From the NCBI GenBank assembly GCA_027492205.1, contig JAOZFN010000006.1:39369-103368 (forward strand): a stretch of 64,000 nucleotides of DNA, in the 5' to 3' direction. Both the position numbers and the translations under genes were made by a program. Within the stretch, counting starts at the first letter, position 1. Each line of letters begins with the position of its first letter. This DNA comes from Thermoproteota archaeon (GTDB lineage: Archaea > Korarchaeota > Korarchaeia > Korarchaeales > Korarchaeaceae). Under the pieces are notes generated by a model, which was not told the origin of the DNA, searched no databases, and saw only the letters and a program-made list of their open reading frames with translations. This document shows positions 54,264 through 63,377 of this stretch, in pieces.

Positions 54264-55444
54264 TCTCCCAACGCCTCCCTTCCGGTGAACTCCGGCACGA
54301 AGCCGATCGACCTGAGGCCTGCCTCCATGTCTGACCTCGTTATCTTCGCCAGCTCGTGGGCCCGCCTGAGGGGGTAGGGGTATCCCAGGACGGCTATGCC
54401 GGCCAGATTCCCGACAAGCTCGTCTACCTCGTCTTCCTCAAGGTCCCCAAGTATCTCCAACTTCACGGGCGCCGCCGACCGGGCCAGCCTGGCGTAGAGG
54501 GTGGTCAGCCGGACGGCGGCGCCCACCCCAGGGCCGACGATGGCCCTGGCCGCCCTGAGGATGTGCCTGCCGACCTCCACTTCCCTCACTCGGCAGGGGG
54601 TTCTTCCCGGCCCCCTCGTGTACCTCTGGACTATGACCAGGTCGGGCTTCGTGGACCTGAAGTGCGACCTCGCCGAGGACCTCTTCGCCACCGCCACGAC
54701 CCTCACGCCCGCCCTCTCGGCTGCCGCCACTAGGGCGAGCAGCGAGACCCCTTGCTCCAGCCGCTCCATGGCGGAGACCGCCAGCAGGGGCTTTCTCCCC
54801 TCGCCCTCCCCGTCACCCCCCACTATGTCTCTCGCCGCCTCCTCGAGAGTTGCCTGCGTCGCCGCCGTGGCCGTGATCACGGTGAGGGCAGACGCCAGCG
54901 GGAGGTTCCTCACGACCCTAAGGAAAGCCGAAACGATGAGTTCCCTCTCCTCCTCGCTGAGGCCCGCATATCCCCCGGGGCGGGCCCCTCTGAACACCGG
55001 CTCCGCAGCGAGGTTGGCCTCCAGGGACCCATCAAGCAGGACGTAGTCCACCTCACGCCCGATCGCGAGCACCGCGGCCATCTTCGCCTCCAGGGCCTCC
55101 CTGTATATCCGAACCCTATCCTCCGCCTTGAAGAAGTCAATCACACCGACCTGGAACACTCGACGCGGCTCGGGCCTCTCCCCGGCCCTGAAGGCGACGG
55201 AGGCGGAACTCACGGCGAAGAGGCTCTGGCCCAGGTTCACCTCCACGAGGTGGCTTCCGCCGTCTATCCCCGCTATGGAGCCCATCCTCTCCAGAGCGTC
55301 CCTCGGGCTCAGATCCGTCCTTACGGGAAGCCACGCGGCGGATAGCTCTTCGAACCTGGGGCCGACCCCCAGGGCCCTCTCGATGTCGCCCCTCGCGCTC
55401 AAGAAGGCCTCAACTATGTCCATGAAGCGGGCCTCTTCGGCCAT
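54254..55444 (-). CDS. nurA: NurA nuclease
   Basis: GIDGG, LLDGSL, VAK, GYPYPL..AHE.A.I, GRE. Confidence 0.9.
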   Translation of the reverse strand: MAEEARFMDIVEAFLSARGDIERALGVGPRFEELSAAWLPVRTDLSPRDALERMGSIAGIDGGSHLVEVNLGQSLFAVSSASVAFRAGERPEPRRVFQVGVIDFFKAEDRVRIYREALEAKMAAVLAIGREVDYVLLDGSLEANLAAEPVFRGARPGGYAGLSEEERELIVSAFLRVVRNLPLASALTVITATAATQATLEEAARDIVGGDGEGEGRKPLLAVSAMERLEQGVSLLALVAAAERAGVRVVAVAKRSSARSHFRSTKPDLVIVQRYTRGPGRTPCRVREVEVGRHILRAARAIVGPGVGAAVRLTTLYARLARSAAPVKLEILGDLEEDEVDELVGNLAGIAVLGYPYPLRRAHELAKITRSDMEAGLRSIGFVPEFTGREALGEWV

Positions 55445-55508
55445 TCGGCATGACTCCCCTGACCTGCCTTTTAAGGTGAGGGAGTGGTCCGTCAGCTCGG
55501 TGCGGTGG

Positions 55509-56900
55509 ATGGCCAGGGAGCTCGCCGCCTTCTTCGAGCCGGAGTCGATAGCGGTGGTCGGGGCGTCTCGGAGTCCTGAGAAGCTCGGTCACGTGGTCCT
55601 GAGGCAGCTGCTCGAGGGCTTCAGGGGCCGGGTCTACCCGGTCAACCCCAAGGCGGAGGAGATACTCGGCGTCAGGTGCTATCCCAGCGTCGCCGACCTG
55701 CCTGAGCCCGTCGACCTGGCAGTGGTCGTGGTGCCGGCCCCGGTTACCCCGAGGGTCGTGGAAGACTGCGGGAGGAGGGGGGTCAAAGCCGCCATAGTGA
55801 TCTCGGGGGGATTCTCGGAGGTCGGGAACGAGGAGCTAGAGCGCGAGCTGAGGGAGGCGGCCAGGAGGAGCGGGGTCAGGCTGATCGGCCCGAACTGCAT
55901 GGGGATATACAGGCCCAGCGTCGGGCTCGACACCCTCTTCACCCCTTCCGACAGGCTTCCGAGGCCCGGCCCAGGGGACGTGGCGATACTCACCCAGAGC
56001 GGGAGCTTCGGCGGCGCAATCCTGACGTGGCTGGCCATGGAGGGGAGGGGGATAAGCGCCTTCGTGAGCTACGGCAACAGGGCTGACGTGGACGAGGCCG
56101 ACCTGCTCCGCTACTTCGCCGAGGATCCGGAGACTAGGGTGATAGCGATCTACGTCGAGGGCCTCAGGGACGGGAGGGGGTTCATGGAGGCGGCGCGGGA
56201 GGTGACCCCCTCGAAGCCCGTGGTGGTGTTCAAGGCGGGCAGGAGCCAGAGGGGGGCGAGTGCAGTCAGGAGTCACACGGGATCCCTGGCCGGATCCGAC
56301 GCGGCGTACGAGGCGGCTTTCAAGCAGTGCGGCGTCGTCAGGACTTACTCGACGGAGGAGTTCTTGGACGCCTCGCGGGCCCTGGCCAGGCTGCCCACGC
56401 CCAGGGGGCCAAGGGTCGGAATAATCACGAACGGGGGAGGATACGGGGTCATAGCCGTCGACGCGCTGGAGGAGCGCGGAATGGAGGTCCCTGAACTGGA
56501 CGAGGCCACCGCCGAGAGGCTCAGGGAGAGGCTCCCGCCCTTCTACCCCGTGGGAAACCCCCTAGACCTGACCGGAAGCTCGACGCCGGAGCAGTACCTC
56601 GCCGGTATGGTGGAGATGGCCAGGTCTGACGTGATCGACGCGCTGACAGTGATGGCGCTCTACTCGGTGCCGCTCATGGAGCCGAGGAGGACGACCGACT
56701 ACATCCTCCAAGTGCTGAGGGACTACGGCAAGCCCATAGTCGTCGTGTCGCTGGACGTCACGCCGGAGGTGGCCAGGGAGAACTCCAGGCTGGAGGCGGA
56801 GGGCGTGCCTGTGTTTCCGTCCCCCGAGAGAGCGGCCTCCGCGCTGGCCGCCCTCTGGAGGTACGCTAGGCTAACGCAGCCCCTGAGGCTCAGGCGGTAG
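55509..56900 (+). CDS. acdA: Acetate--CoA ligase (ADP-forming) alpha subunit (start ATG 55509)
   Basis: P.SIAVVGAS, YPVNP, GGFSE.G, IGPNC.G, QSG, GN.AD, SHTGSLAG phospho-His, NPLD.TG. Confidence 0.92.
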   Translation: MARELAAFFEPESIAVVGASRSPEKLGHVVLRQLLEGFRGRVYPVNPKAEEILGVRCYPSVADLPEPVDLAVVVVPAPVTPRVVEDCGRRGVKAAIVISGGFSEVGNEELERELREAARRSGVRLIGPNCMGIYRPSVGLDTLFTPSDRLPRPGPGDVAILTQSGSFGGAILTWLAMEGRGISAFVSYGNRADVDEADLLRYFAEDPETRVIAIYVEGLRDGRGFMEAAREVTPSKPVVVFKAGRSQRGASAVRSHTGSLAGSDAAYEAAFKQCGVVRTYSTEEFLDASRALARLPTPRGPRVGIITNGGGYGVIAVDALEERGMEVPELDEATAERLRERLPPFYPVGNPLDLTGSSTPEQYLAGMVEMARSDVIDALTVMALYSVPLMEPRRTTDYILQVLRDYGKPIVVVSLDVTPEVARENSRLEAEGVPVFPSPERAASALAALWRYARLTQPLRLRR

Positions 56901-58242
56901 CGGCCGTAAACGCCACGTCCCTGACCGCGATCACCGGCGTCACGACGGGCGGCCCGAACTCCGCCCACCAGTGGGTCATCTGTCTGGTCTCCCTGCCGAC
57001 AGCGTACACGTTGGACAGCAGGCGGAGGACGTTCTCGCTGAGCCTGAGCCCCCTGACCTCCCCCTTTATCTCGCCGCCCTCGACGAGGAAGACCCCATCC
57101 CTTATCACAGCCGAGAAGTCCCCGGTCCTGTAGTTCTGGAACCTGAGGTAGGTGGCGTTCCTCACGACGACCCCCCTGCCCAGGTCTTCGAGGATCTCCC
57201 CCTCGGTCCTGTCTCCGGGTGACATTGTGAGGAACCAGGGTCTGGGGAACACCCAGCCCGCGTTCGCCGTGGATCTGACCCTGAAGTGGGCCGCCGTGAG
57301 CCTGTTGTGGAGCAGGGTCTTCAGGACCCCGCCCTCGATGATCACGTTCCTCCTCGTGGGCAGGCCCTCCAGGTCGAACGACCGTGAGGCGTACCCGCCG
57401 TCGATCAAGGGGTCGTCGACGATGGTCACCAGCTCGGTCCCTACCCTCTGGCCCAGCTTGTCGACGTAGGGGGTCATCTGCATCAGGGCCCGGAGGCCAG
57501 ACGCCATGGAGCCGAACACCCCCAAGAGGGTGGTCATGGCGCTCCACCAGAAGGCGGCGTTGTGCCTCCCGGCCGGGAGGTCGACCACCTTGCTGGCCAG
57601 GACGGCATCTCTACCCGCCTCTGACCCGGCCCTCCGCGGGTCGAGCCCGTCCAGTGACCTGGAGCAGGTGACCCCGTGTCCTGTGGCCTCATCGTCCACC
57701 AGGGCCCTGACCTCCATGTTGACCCTGCTGAAGCGCTCGCAGACCTCCGCCCCCCCGGAGGTGAGGAGGCACTCGTGGCCCGCGTAGGACCTGACCACTC
57801 CCGCCACCCTCTCGGCGCCCTCCGCCAGGGCTGAGTCGATCCCCTCCTTGGCCGCGTCCACCAGCTCCTCCTGAGCCTCCTCTAGGCGAGGGTCGTAGGT
57901 GCCCTGAATCACTGGGTAGTCGAACGGCCCCTCCGGAAGTGGGACATAGACGTCCCTAGCCGGCACCCTCTTCAGCCGCTCAAACGCCCGCTCGACGAAG
58001 CCCTCCAGGGACCTCTCCTCCGGTGGGGAGGTCGTGGAGACCACGGCCACCCTCCTGTCGAGGGCGATCTGCACCTCCACGAGCGTCTCGATCCAGGTCT
58101 TCACCACGTCGACCGAGCTGTTGGAGAACCTCACCTGCCTAGCCCCGTTCGACACCACGTGCACGGCCACATCGTCGGCTCCCCTGGCCTGAGCGAGCTG
58201 GAGGATTCGCTCGGCCAGCCCGATGCTCTCCTCGTGGAACAT
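56890..58242 (-). CDS. tldE: TldE/PmbA family protein
   Basis: VRFSNS, TIVDDP, FD.EG.PT, GDFS, no HExxxH; paired with tldD. Confidence 0.88.
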   Translation of the reverse strand: MFHEESIGLAERILQLAQARGADDVAVHVVSNGARQVRFSNSSVDVVKTWIETLVEVQIALDRRVAVVSTTSPPEERSLEGFVERAFERLKRVPARDVYVPLPEGPFDYPVIQGTYDPRLEEAQEELVDAAKEGIDSALAEGAERVAGVVRSYAGHECLLTSGGAEVCERFSRVNMEVRALVDDEATGHGVTCSRSLDGLDPRRAGSEAGRDAVLASKVVDLPAGRHNAAFWWSAMTTLLGVFGSMASGLRALMQMTPYVDKLGQRVGTELVTIVDDPLIDGGYASRSFDLEGLPTRRNVIIEGGVLKTLLHNRLTAAHFRVRSTANAGWVFPRPWFLTMSPGDRTEGEILEDLGRGVVVRNATYLRFQNYRTGDFSAVIRDGVFLVEGGEIKGEVRGLRLSENVLRLLSNVYAVGRETRQMTHWWAEFGPPVVTPVIAVRDVAFTAATA

Positions 58243-58243
58243 C

Positions 58244-59665
58244 TCAAGTACCTCCCAGACCGACGCCCCTGAGCCTGACGCTGGGTCCGCCCGTCCACAC
58301 GGGAACCCCCTGACCCGGGTCCCCCTTGCCGCAAGTGGCCGCCTCGAACTCTAGGTCCTTGGCGACGGCGTCCACCGACATGTAGAACGCAGGGGTGGTG
58401 ACCTCCAGCACGGGGTTCAGAACGGGCTCGGCGAGCCGCCCGCCCCTTATCGCGTAGGCCTCCGAGCCGACGTACCTCTGGTTGTATCTGCGGTCGTCTA
58501 TGTTCCACTCCATGAACCTCTTCAGGTAGACCCCCTCGGAGACGCCCTCGATGAGTTCCTCCACGGACACGTCGCCGGGCGCTATGTACGTGTTTGCCAT
58601 CCTCACTATGGGCTCCCTGTCGAACCTGTTGGCCCTAGCGGCGGCGTTGCTGCTGACGCCCATCTCGGCCGCGGTCTCCCTGTTGTGGAGGAACTCGTTT
58701 ATCAGGCCCTCCCTCATCAGGGCCCTCGGCCTGGCCCTGACTCCCTCGTGGTCGTAGAGATAGAATCCGTAGCTGCCCGGTATAGTCGGGTCGTCTATCA
58801 CGGTCACCGCGGGGGATCCGATCCGCTGCCCCAGCATGTAGGGCTTCACGAAGGACTCCCCGGCCTGGGCGGCCTCTCTCCCCAGTATCCGATCGGCCTC
58901 GTACGGGTGGCCGGTGGACTCGTGCGCTATCAGGCCGGCGACCTGGGGCCCAACTATCACGTCCACCTTAACGCCCCTCGGGGCGGGGACACCCTTCTCC
59001 AGCCTCTCCTTCATGGAGTCCGACAGGTACGCGACCTTCTCGTCCAGGCGCCAGCCGTCGACGATCTCCCATCCGCCGCTCCCCCCCGGCTGGGTGAACT
59101 CCTGCGTGGCCCCGGCCCCGGAGATGTGGGTGAGCCTGACCATCAGGGTCACCCGTCTCACGTCCCCCTTGACCTCGGCCCCCTCGCTGTTCACGAAGTG
59201 GACCACCGACCTGGAGGATAGCAGCCATAGCACCCGGGCGGCTATCCCCCTCTCGGCGGCCGGGGAGTCCACCGACTTCATGTACTCCACTTTCTCGTCT
59301 ACCGGCACCTCCATGGGGTCTACCCTGTACGGTGAGGAGAACTCCGTCCTCCCAAAGCTCTCCCTCGAGAGAGCCACCTTCTTTCCGACCTTGGAGGCGG
59401 CTAGGGCGTTCTTGTACGCCTCTTCGATCATGGAACTCAGGGAGTCGGGTCTGTTCGTTGACGCAAAGCCAAGCCCGCCGTTTACGAGCATCCTGACCGA
59501 GATGCCCGAGGTCGAGTCCAGCGAAAAGGCCTCAACGACTCCGTTCCGCATGAACAGTCCATCGGACACGTCTAGCTGGGCCCTCACCTCGAAGTACGTC
59601 GCGTCATATCTTCTGGCCATCTCCTGAGCTCTATCAACCAGAGAGAGCAGGCTATCCAGCTCCAT
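58244..59665 (-). CDS. tldD: TldD metalloprotease
   Basis: HESTGH..E.DR, DDPT, D.EGV, RM.NT, CGKG.P.Q. Confidence 0.92.
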   Translation of the reverse strand: MELDSLLSLVDRAQEMARRYDATYFEVRAQLDVSDGLFMRNGVVEAFSLDSTSGISVRMLVNGGLGFASTNRPDSLSSMIEEAYKNALAASKVGKKVALSRESFGRTEFSSPYRVDPMEVPVDEKVEYMKSVDSPAAERGIAARVLWLLSSRSVVHFVNSEGAEVKGDVRRVTLMVRLTHISGAGATQEFTQPGGSGGWEIVDGWRLDEKVAYLSDSMKERLEKGVPAPRGVKVDVIVGPQVAGLIAHESTGHPYEADRILGREAAQAGESFVKPYMLGQRIGSPAVTVIDDPTIPGSYGFYLYDHEGVRARPRALMREGLINEFLHNRETAAEMGVSSNAAARANRFDREPIVRMANTYIAPGDVSVEELIEGVSEGVYLKRFMEWNIDDRRYNQRYVGSEAYAIRGGRLAEPVLNPVLEVTTPAFYMSVDAVAKDLEFEAATCGKGDPGQGVPVWTGGPSVRLRGVGLGGT

Positions 59666-59718
59666 TGAGCCGTTTGACCCGGGAGTCCAATAATAAACTT
59701 CCGAGGGAGCGTTAGACC

Positions 59719-60459
59719 ATGCCCAAGCTGGGGAGGCTCCTTCACCTGAGGATGCAGCCCGATGAGGTTCCGGAGAGGGTCGTTCTGACGGGCGATCCCG
59801 GTAGGGTGGATAGGATCGCCGGGCTGCTCGACGAGCCCAGGGTCCTGGCCCACAACAGGGAGTTCCGGTCTGTGAAGGGGGAGTACGAGGGCGTGGAGAT
59901 TCTGATCTGCTCGACTGGAATTGGGGGGCCCTCGACCGCGATCGCTGTCAACGAACTCCTAGAGGCCGGCGCGGAACTCCTGATCCGGGTGGGGACGACC
60001 GGCGCCCTCCAGAGGGGGATCGAGATAGGGTCGCTCGTCGTGCCCCACGGCTCCCTCCGGATGGATGGGGCCTCGGAGTTCTACGCCCCCGCGGAGTACC
60101 CGGCGGTTCCCGACCCGAGGCTCGCGCTTGCGCTGTCGAGAGAGGCCAGGCTGAAAGGGCTCACGGTTTACGAGGGCGTAATCGCGACCCTGGACGCCTT
60201 CTACGTGGACGAAGAGTGGCTGATCGAGCAGGCCGGTGAGCTCAACCTACTCTCCGTGGAGATGGAGTGCAGCACGATATTCGTCCTCTCTCGTCTATTG
60301 GGCGCCAGATCGGCCGCCGTCCTGGTGGTCGATGGGAACATCGCCGAGGGGACGGGCAAGGCGGAGATCAGGCCGTCAGCCTCTGAGCTGCCTGAGGAGT
60401 CGCAGGACGCGCTGATGCGCGCGGCCGAGGTCGCGCTCAGAGTTCTCTCCTCGGAGTAG
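59719..60459 (+). CDS. udp: Uridine/purine nucleoside phosphorylase (NP-I family)
   Basis: GDPGRV, NREF, STGIGGPS.AI, IRVGTTG, EMEC. Confidence 0.85.
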   Translation: MPKLGRLLHLRMQPDEVPERVVLTGDPGRVDRIAGLLDEPRVLAHNREFRSVKGEYEGVEILICSTGIGGPSTAIAVNELLEAGAELLIRVGTTGALQRGIEIGSLVVPHGSLRMDGASEFYAPAEYPAVPDPRLALALSREARLKGLTVYEGVIATLDAFYVDEEWLIEQAGELNLLSVEMECSTIFVLSRLLGARSAAVLVVDGNIAEGTGKAEIRPSASELPEESQDALMRAAEVALRVLSSE

Positions 60460-60516
60460 CTCCCACGCCGACTCAAGATTTTTATCCCGTGGCGGGGTGT
60501 GAGAATCAGATTGCCC

Positions 60517-61227
60517 ATGACTGGTTTCTGGGATCGCCTGGTTGCAAGCATAGAGGCGAAACTCAACAAGCTTCTGGACCGCTTTGAAGACCCGAGGGAG
60601 CAGCTGGACTACGCCTACGACAAGCTGGTCCAGCAGCTCCACGACGTAGACATGGCCCTCGCGAGGGCCATGACGGCCCGGAAGAAGCTTGAGTTCAACG
60701 CCGAGAGGATTCGCGAGAAGGTTGAGGACCTCGACGAGAAGGCCAGGAGGGCCCTCGAGCTGGGCAGGGAGGATCTGGCCAAGAAGGCCCTCGAGCGGAA
60801 GCACGTGCTGCAGGCCGAGCTGGAGTCCCTCGAGCGGAAGATAGAGGAGATGAAGGAGGACGAAGAGAAGCTGAAGCAGGTCAGGGAGACCCTCCAGACG
60901 AGGATAGAACTCTTCCGCGCCAAGAAGGAGAAGCTCAAGGCCGAGTACGAGGTGTCCAAGGCTCAGGTCGAGGTCAAGGAGAGCCTCTCCGGCCTGTCCG
61001 ACGACATGCTCTCGGCGGCGAGGGCCATCGAGAGGGCGGAGAGCAAGGTGGAGGACATGAGGGCCCGCGCGGCCGCGATAGACGAGCTCGTGGCCGCAGG
61101 GGGAGAGCTGGACATTCTGGAGCCCGAGGAGAGAGATGAGATAGAGAAGGAGCTCAAGACCCTTGAGATTCAGAAGGCCGTCGAGGACGACCTGGCGAAG
61201 CTGAAGCAGGAGCTCGGAAGGGCCTGA
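60517..61227 (+). CDS. pspA: PspA/IM30 family protein (ESCRT-III superfamily)
   Basis: Amphipathic N-terminus (GFWDRL), EDP..QL, A..AL..GREDLA..AL..K, ARAAAIDEL, C-terminal L..LK.ELG. TTTTTAT promoter-like element at about 60479. Confidence 0.92.
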   Translation: MTGFWDRLVASIEAKLNKLLDRFEDPREQLDYAYDKLVQQLHDVDMALARAMTARKKLEFNAERIREKVEDLDEKARRALELGREDLAKKALERKHVLQAELESLERKIEEMKEDEEKLKQVRETLQTRIELFRAKKEKLKAEYEVSKAQVEVKESLSGLSDDMLSAARAIERAESKVEDMRARAAAIDELVAAGGELDILEPEERDEIEKELKTLEIQKAVEDDLAKLKQELGRA

Positions 61228-61237
61228 GGGGGATCCA

Positions 61238-61627
61238 ATGAGGGACGCCCCATCCCTCATCCTCATCGGGGCGGCCGCGCTCTTCGGCCTCCTGGGCATA
61301 GTTTTCGCGGTGGCCGCGGCCTACAATCCGGTGAGGGTGTTCCCCTCCCTCATCTTTCTGTTCCTGGCGGGGGCCTCGATCTACCTCCTGAGGATCAGGC
61401 AGAGGTCCGGCGTGGCGCTTGGGCGCATCGAGGCCGAGACCCTCAGGGTGGCCAAGGAGAAGGGAGGAAGACTTACGGCGGAGGAGCTCGCCCTAGAGCT
61501 CGGCATTCCGGTCGACGTGGCTGTGAGCATCCTCAGGTCTCTCGAGAGGAAGGGCGTCGCCTACCTGGACTTTGAGGAAATAGAGGACAGGGGAGTGGAG
61601 GTCTACCGCTTCCCGGCACTGGGCTAA
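61238..61627 (+). CDS. Two-TM membrane protein with C-terminal winged-helix domain
   Basis: Two hydrophobic segments (about aa 6-28 and 33-51), then GGRLTAEELALELGIPVDVAVSILRSLERKG HTH and a beta wing; 10 nt after the pspA stop. Confidence 0.78.
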   Translation: MRDAPSLILIGAAALFGLLGIVFAVAAAYNPVRVFPSLIFLFLAGASIYLLRIRQRSGVALGRIEAETLRVAKEKGGRLTAEELALELGIPVDVAVSILRSLERKGVAYLDFEEIEDRGVEVYRFPALG

Positions 61628-61637
61628 CCTCCTGGCG

Positions 61638-61964
61638 TCACAGGACCTTGCTGCCGGGCGGCACCGGCTTGTCTGGCCTGAGCAGGACGGGCCTGCCGTC
61701 CACATCCGCCGCCAGCAGCATCCCCTGAGACCACACCCCCCTGATCTTCCTGGGCTGCAGGTTGGCCACTACGACTATCTGGGTGCCGACCAGCTCCTCG
61801 GGGGGGTAGTACTCGGCTATTCCCGCCACGATCTGCCTCTTTTCGCCTCCCAGGTCTATCTCGAGGACAAGGAGCTTGTCGGCCCCCTCCACCTTCTTGG
61901 CGGAGAGAATCTGCGCCACCCTGAGGTCGAGCTTCGAGAAATCTTGGTAGGATACGAACTCCAT
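61638..61964 (-). CDS. Stand-alone tRNA-binding OB domain (MetRS C-terminal / Trbp111 / CsaA-like)
   Basis: F.KLDLRVA.I, ADKLL.L.IDLG...RQIVAGI, NLQPRKIRG..SQGMLLA. Confidence 0.9.
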   Translation of the reverse strand: MEFVSYQDFSKLDLRVAQILSAKKVEGADKLLVLEIDLGGEKRQIVAGIAEYYPPEELVGTQIVVVANLQPRKIRGVWSQGMLLAADVDGRPVLLRPDKPVPPGSKVL

Positions 61965-62091
61965 GGTTGACCCCCTCCCCCCGAGGGGCCGCACTTAAAT
62001 AGTGAGGCGCCGCAGTAGAGCGTGAGAAGGCGGGGCCCGAGGACAGCGAGCCTCGGAGACCACCGCCGTGTTGAAGGGAGTGAGCTGAGAC

Positions 62092-63366
62092 ATGAGCAAG
62101 ATGTCAGTTTCCGTGCTCAGTGGGCACAATGAGGTTGGACGCTCGGCCGTTCTCGTCGAGGCGGGCGATACTAGGATCCTTCTGGACTACGGGATGAAGC
62201 TGATCCCCAAGAGCCAGCCGCTCTTCCCGCCTGAGGTGGAGAACGTCGACGCGGTGCTGCTCTCCCACGCCCACCTAGACCACTCGGGCGCCATACCTGC
62301 GCTGTTCAGGTCTGGGGGGAAGTGGCCGAAGGTCTACGCCTTGGACATCACCAGGGACTACAGCGACGTCCTGCTGGCGGACGCCATCAAGGTGGCGAAG
62401 GCCAGGGGGCACACGCTGCCCTACGGGATGAGGGAGGTCAGGCAGTCCCTGGCGAACTTCAGGCAGGTGGAGTTCGGCGTCCCCTTTAGGGTTGGGGACG
62501 TCGAGATCACGGCCTACAACGCTGGCCACATACCTGGGAGCGCCATGTTCTACCTCAGGTACGACGGGAAGTCCGTACTCTACACGGGAGACCTCAACAT
62601 GCGCGAGACGAGGCTTATGCCCCCCGCGGACACGTCCATACCGAAGGTCGACCTCCTGATCATGGAGTCCACGTACGCGTTCAAGGAGCACCCCCGAAGG
62701 GAGGGGCAGGAGATGCTCCTGAAGGAGGTCGTTGACGAGACCCTAAGGAGCGGCGGCGTGGCGGTCATAGCGGGCTTCGCCATAGGCAGGCTGCTGGAGA
62801 TCGCCATGGCGCTGAAGGCCAGGGGCTTCAGGGGCAGGATGTTCCTCGACGGGATGGCCAGGAGGGGCGCCGAGATAACCGACGCCTACCCGGACAGGGT
62901 CAGGGACCCGGACATCCTGAGGTACGTCGAGAGGTTCATCAAGCCCGTGGACGGCTGGAGACTCAGGAAGAAGCTCGTCAAGAGACCCAACGTGATACTG
63001 ACCACCTCCGGGATGCTGGAGGGTGGACCGGTGCACTTCTACCTCAAGGAGCTGAAGGACGACCCCAAGAGCTCCGTCACCCTCACCGGCTACCAGATTG
63101 AGGGTACGGAAGGTAGGAGGCTCATTGAGGAGGGCAGGATGACCGTAGACGGCGAGGAGGTCGAGATACAGATGAAGGTGAACCAGCTGAACTTCTCCGC
63201 TCACGCCAGCGACAGCGGGCTGAGGAGGTTCGTCAAGCAGCTCGAGCCGGAGGCCATAATGACGATCCACGGAGAGTACTCCGCAAGGTTCGCCAAGGAT
63301 ATCACCGAGGAGTTCGGGATATCCGCAATCTCCCCCTCAGAGGCGGGCGAGGAGATACTGGTCTGA
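62092..63366 (+). CDS. Beta-CASP metallo-beta-lactamase ribonuclease (aCPSF2-like, no KH domains)
   Basis: EVGRS, LSHAHLDHSG, AGHIPGS, YTGD, MESTY, SGML.GG, FSAHA, HGE. Confidence 0.9.
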   Translation: MSKMSVSVLSGHNEVGRSAVLVEAGDTRILLDYGMKLIPKSQPLFPPEVENVDAVLLSHAHLDHSGAIPALFRSGGKWPKVYALDITRDYSDVLLADAIKVAKARGHTLPYGMREVRQSLANFRQVEFGVPFRVGDVEITAYNAGHIPGSAMFYLRYDGKSVLYTGDLNMRETRLMPPADTSIPKVDLLIMESTYAFKEHPRREGQEMLLKEVVDETLRSGGVAVIAGFAIGRLLEIAMALKARGFRGRMFLDGMARRGAEITDAYPDRVRDPDILRYVERFIKPVDGWRLRKKLVKRPNVILTTSGMLEGGPVHFYLKELKDDPKSSVTLTGYQIEGTEGRRLIEEGRMTVDGEEVEIQMKVNQLNFSAHASDSGLRRFVKQLEPEAIMTIHGEYSARFAKDITEEFGISAISPSEAGEEILV

Positions 63367-63377
63367 GCCGCAGAGGG

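Noticed and set aside
48718-55444. HerA/NurA/SMC-like genes as an anti-phage defence system
   Set aside because: This is the standard housekeeping archaeal double-strand-break resection operon.
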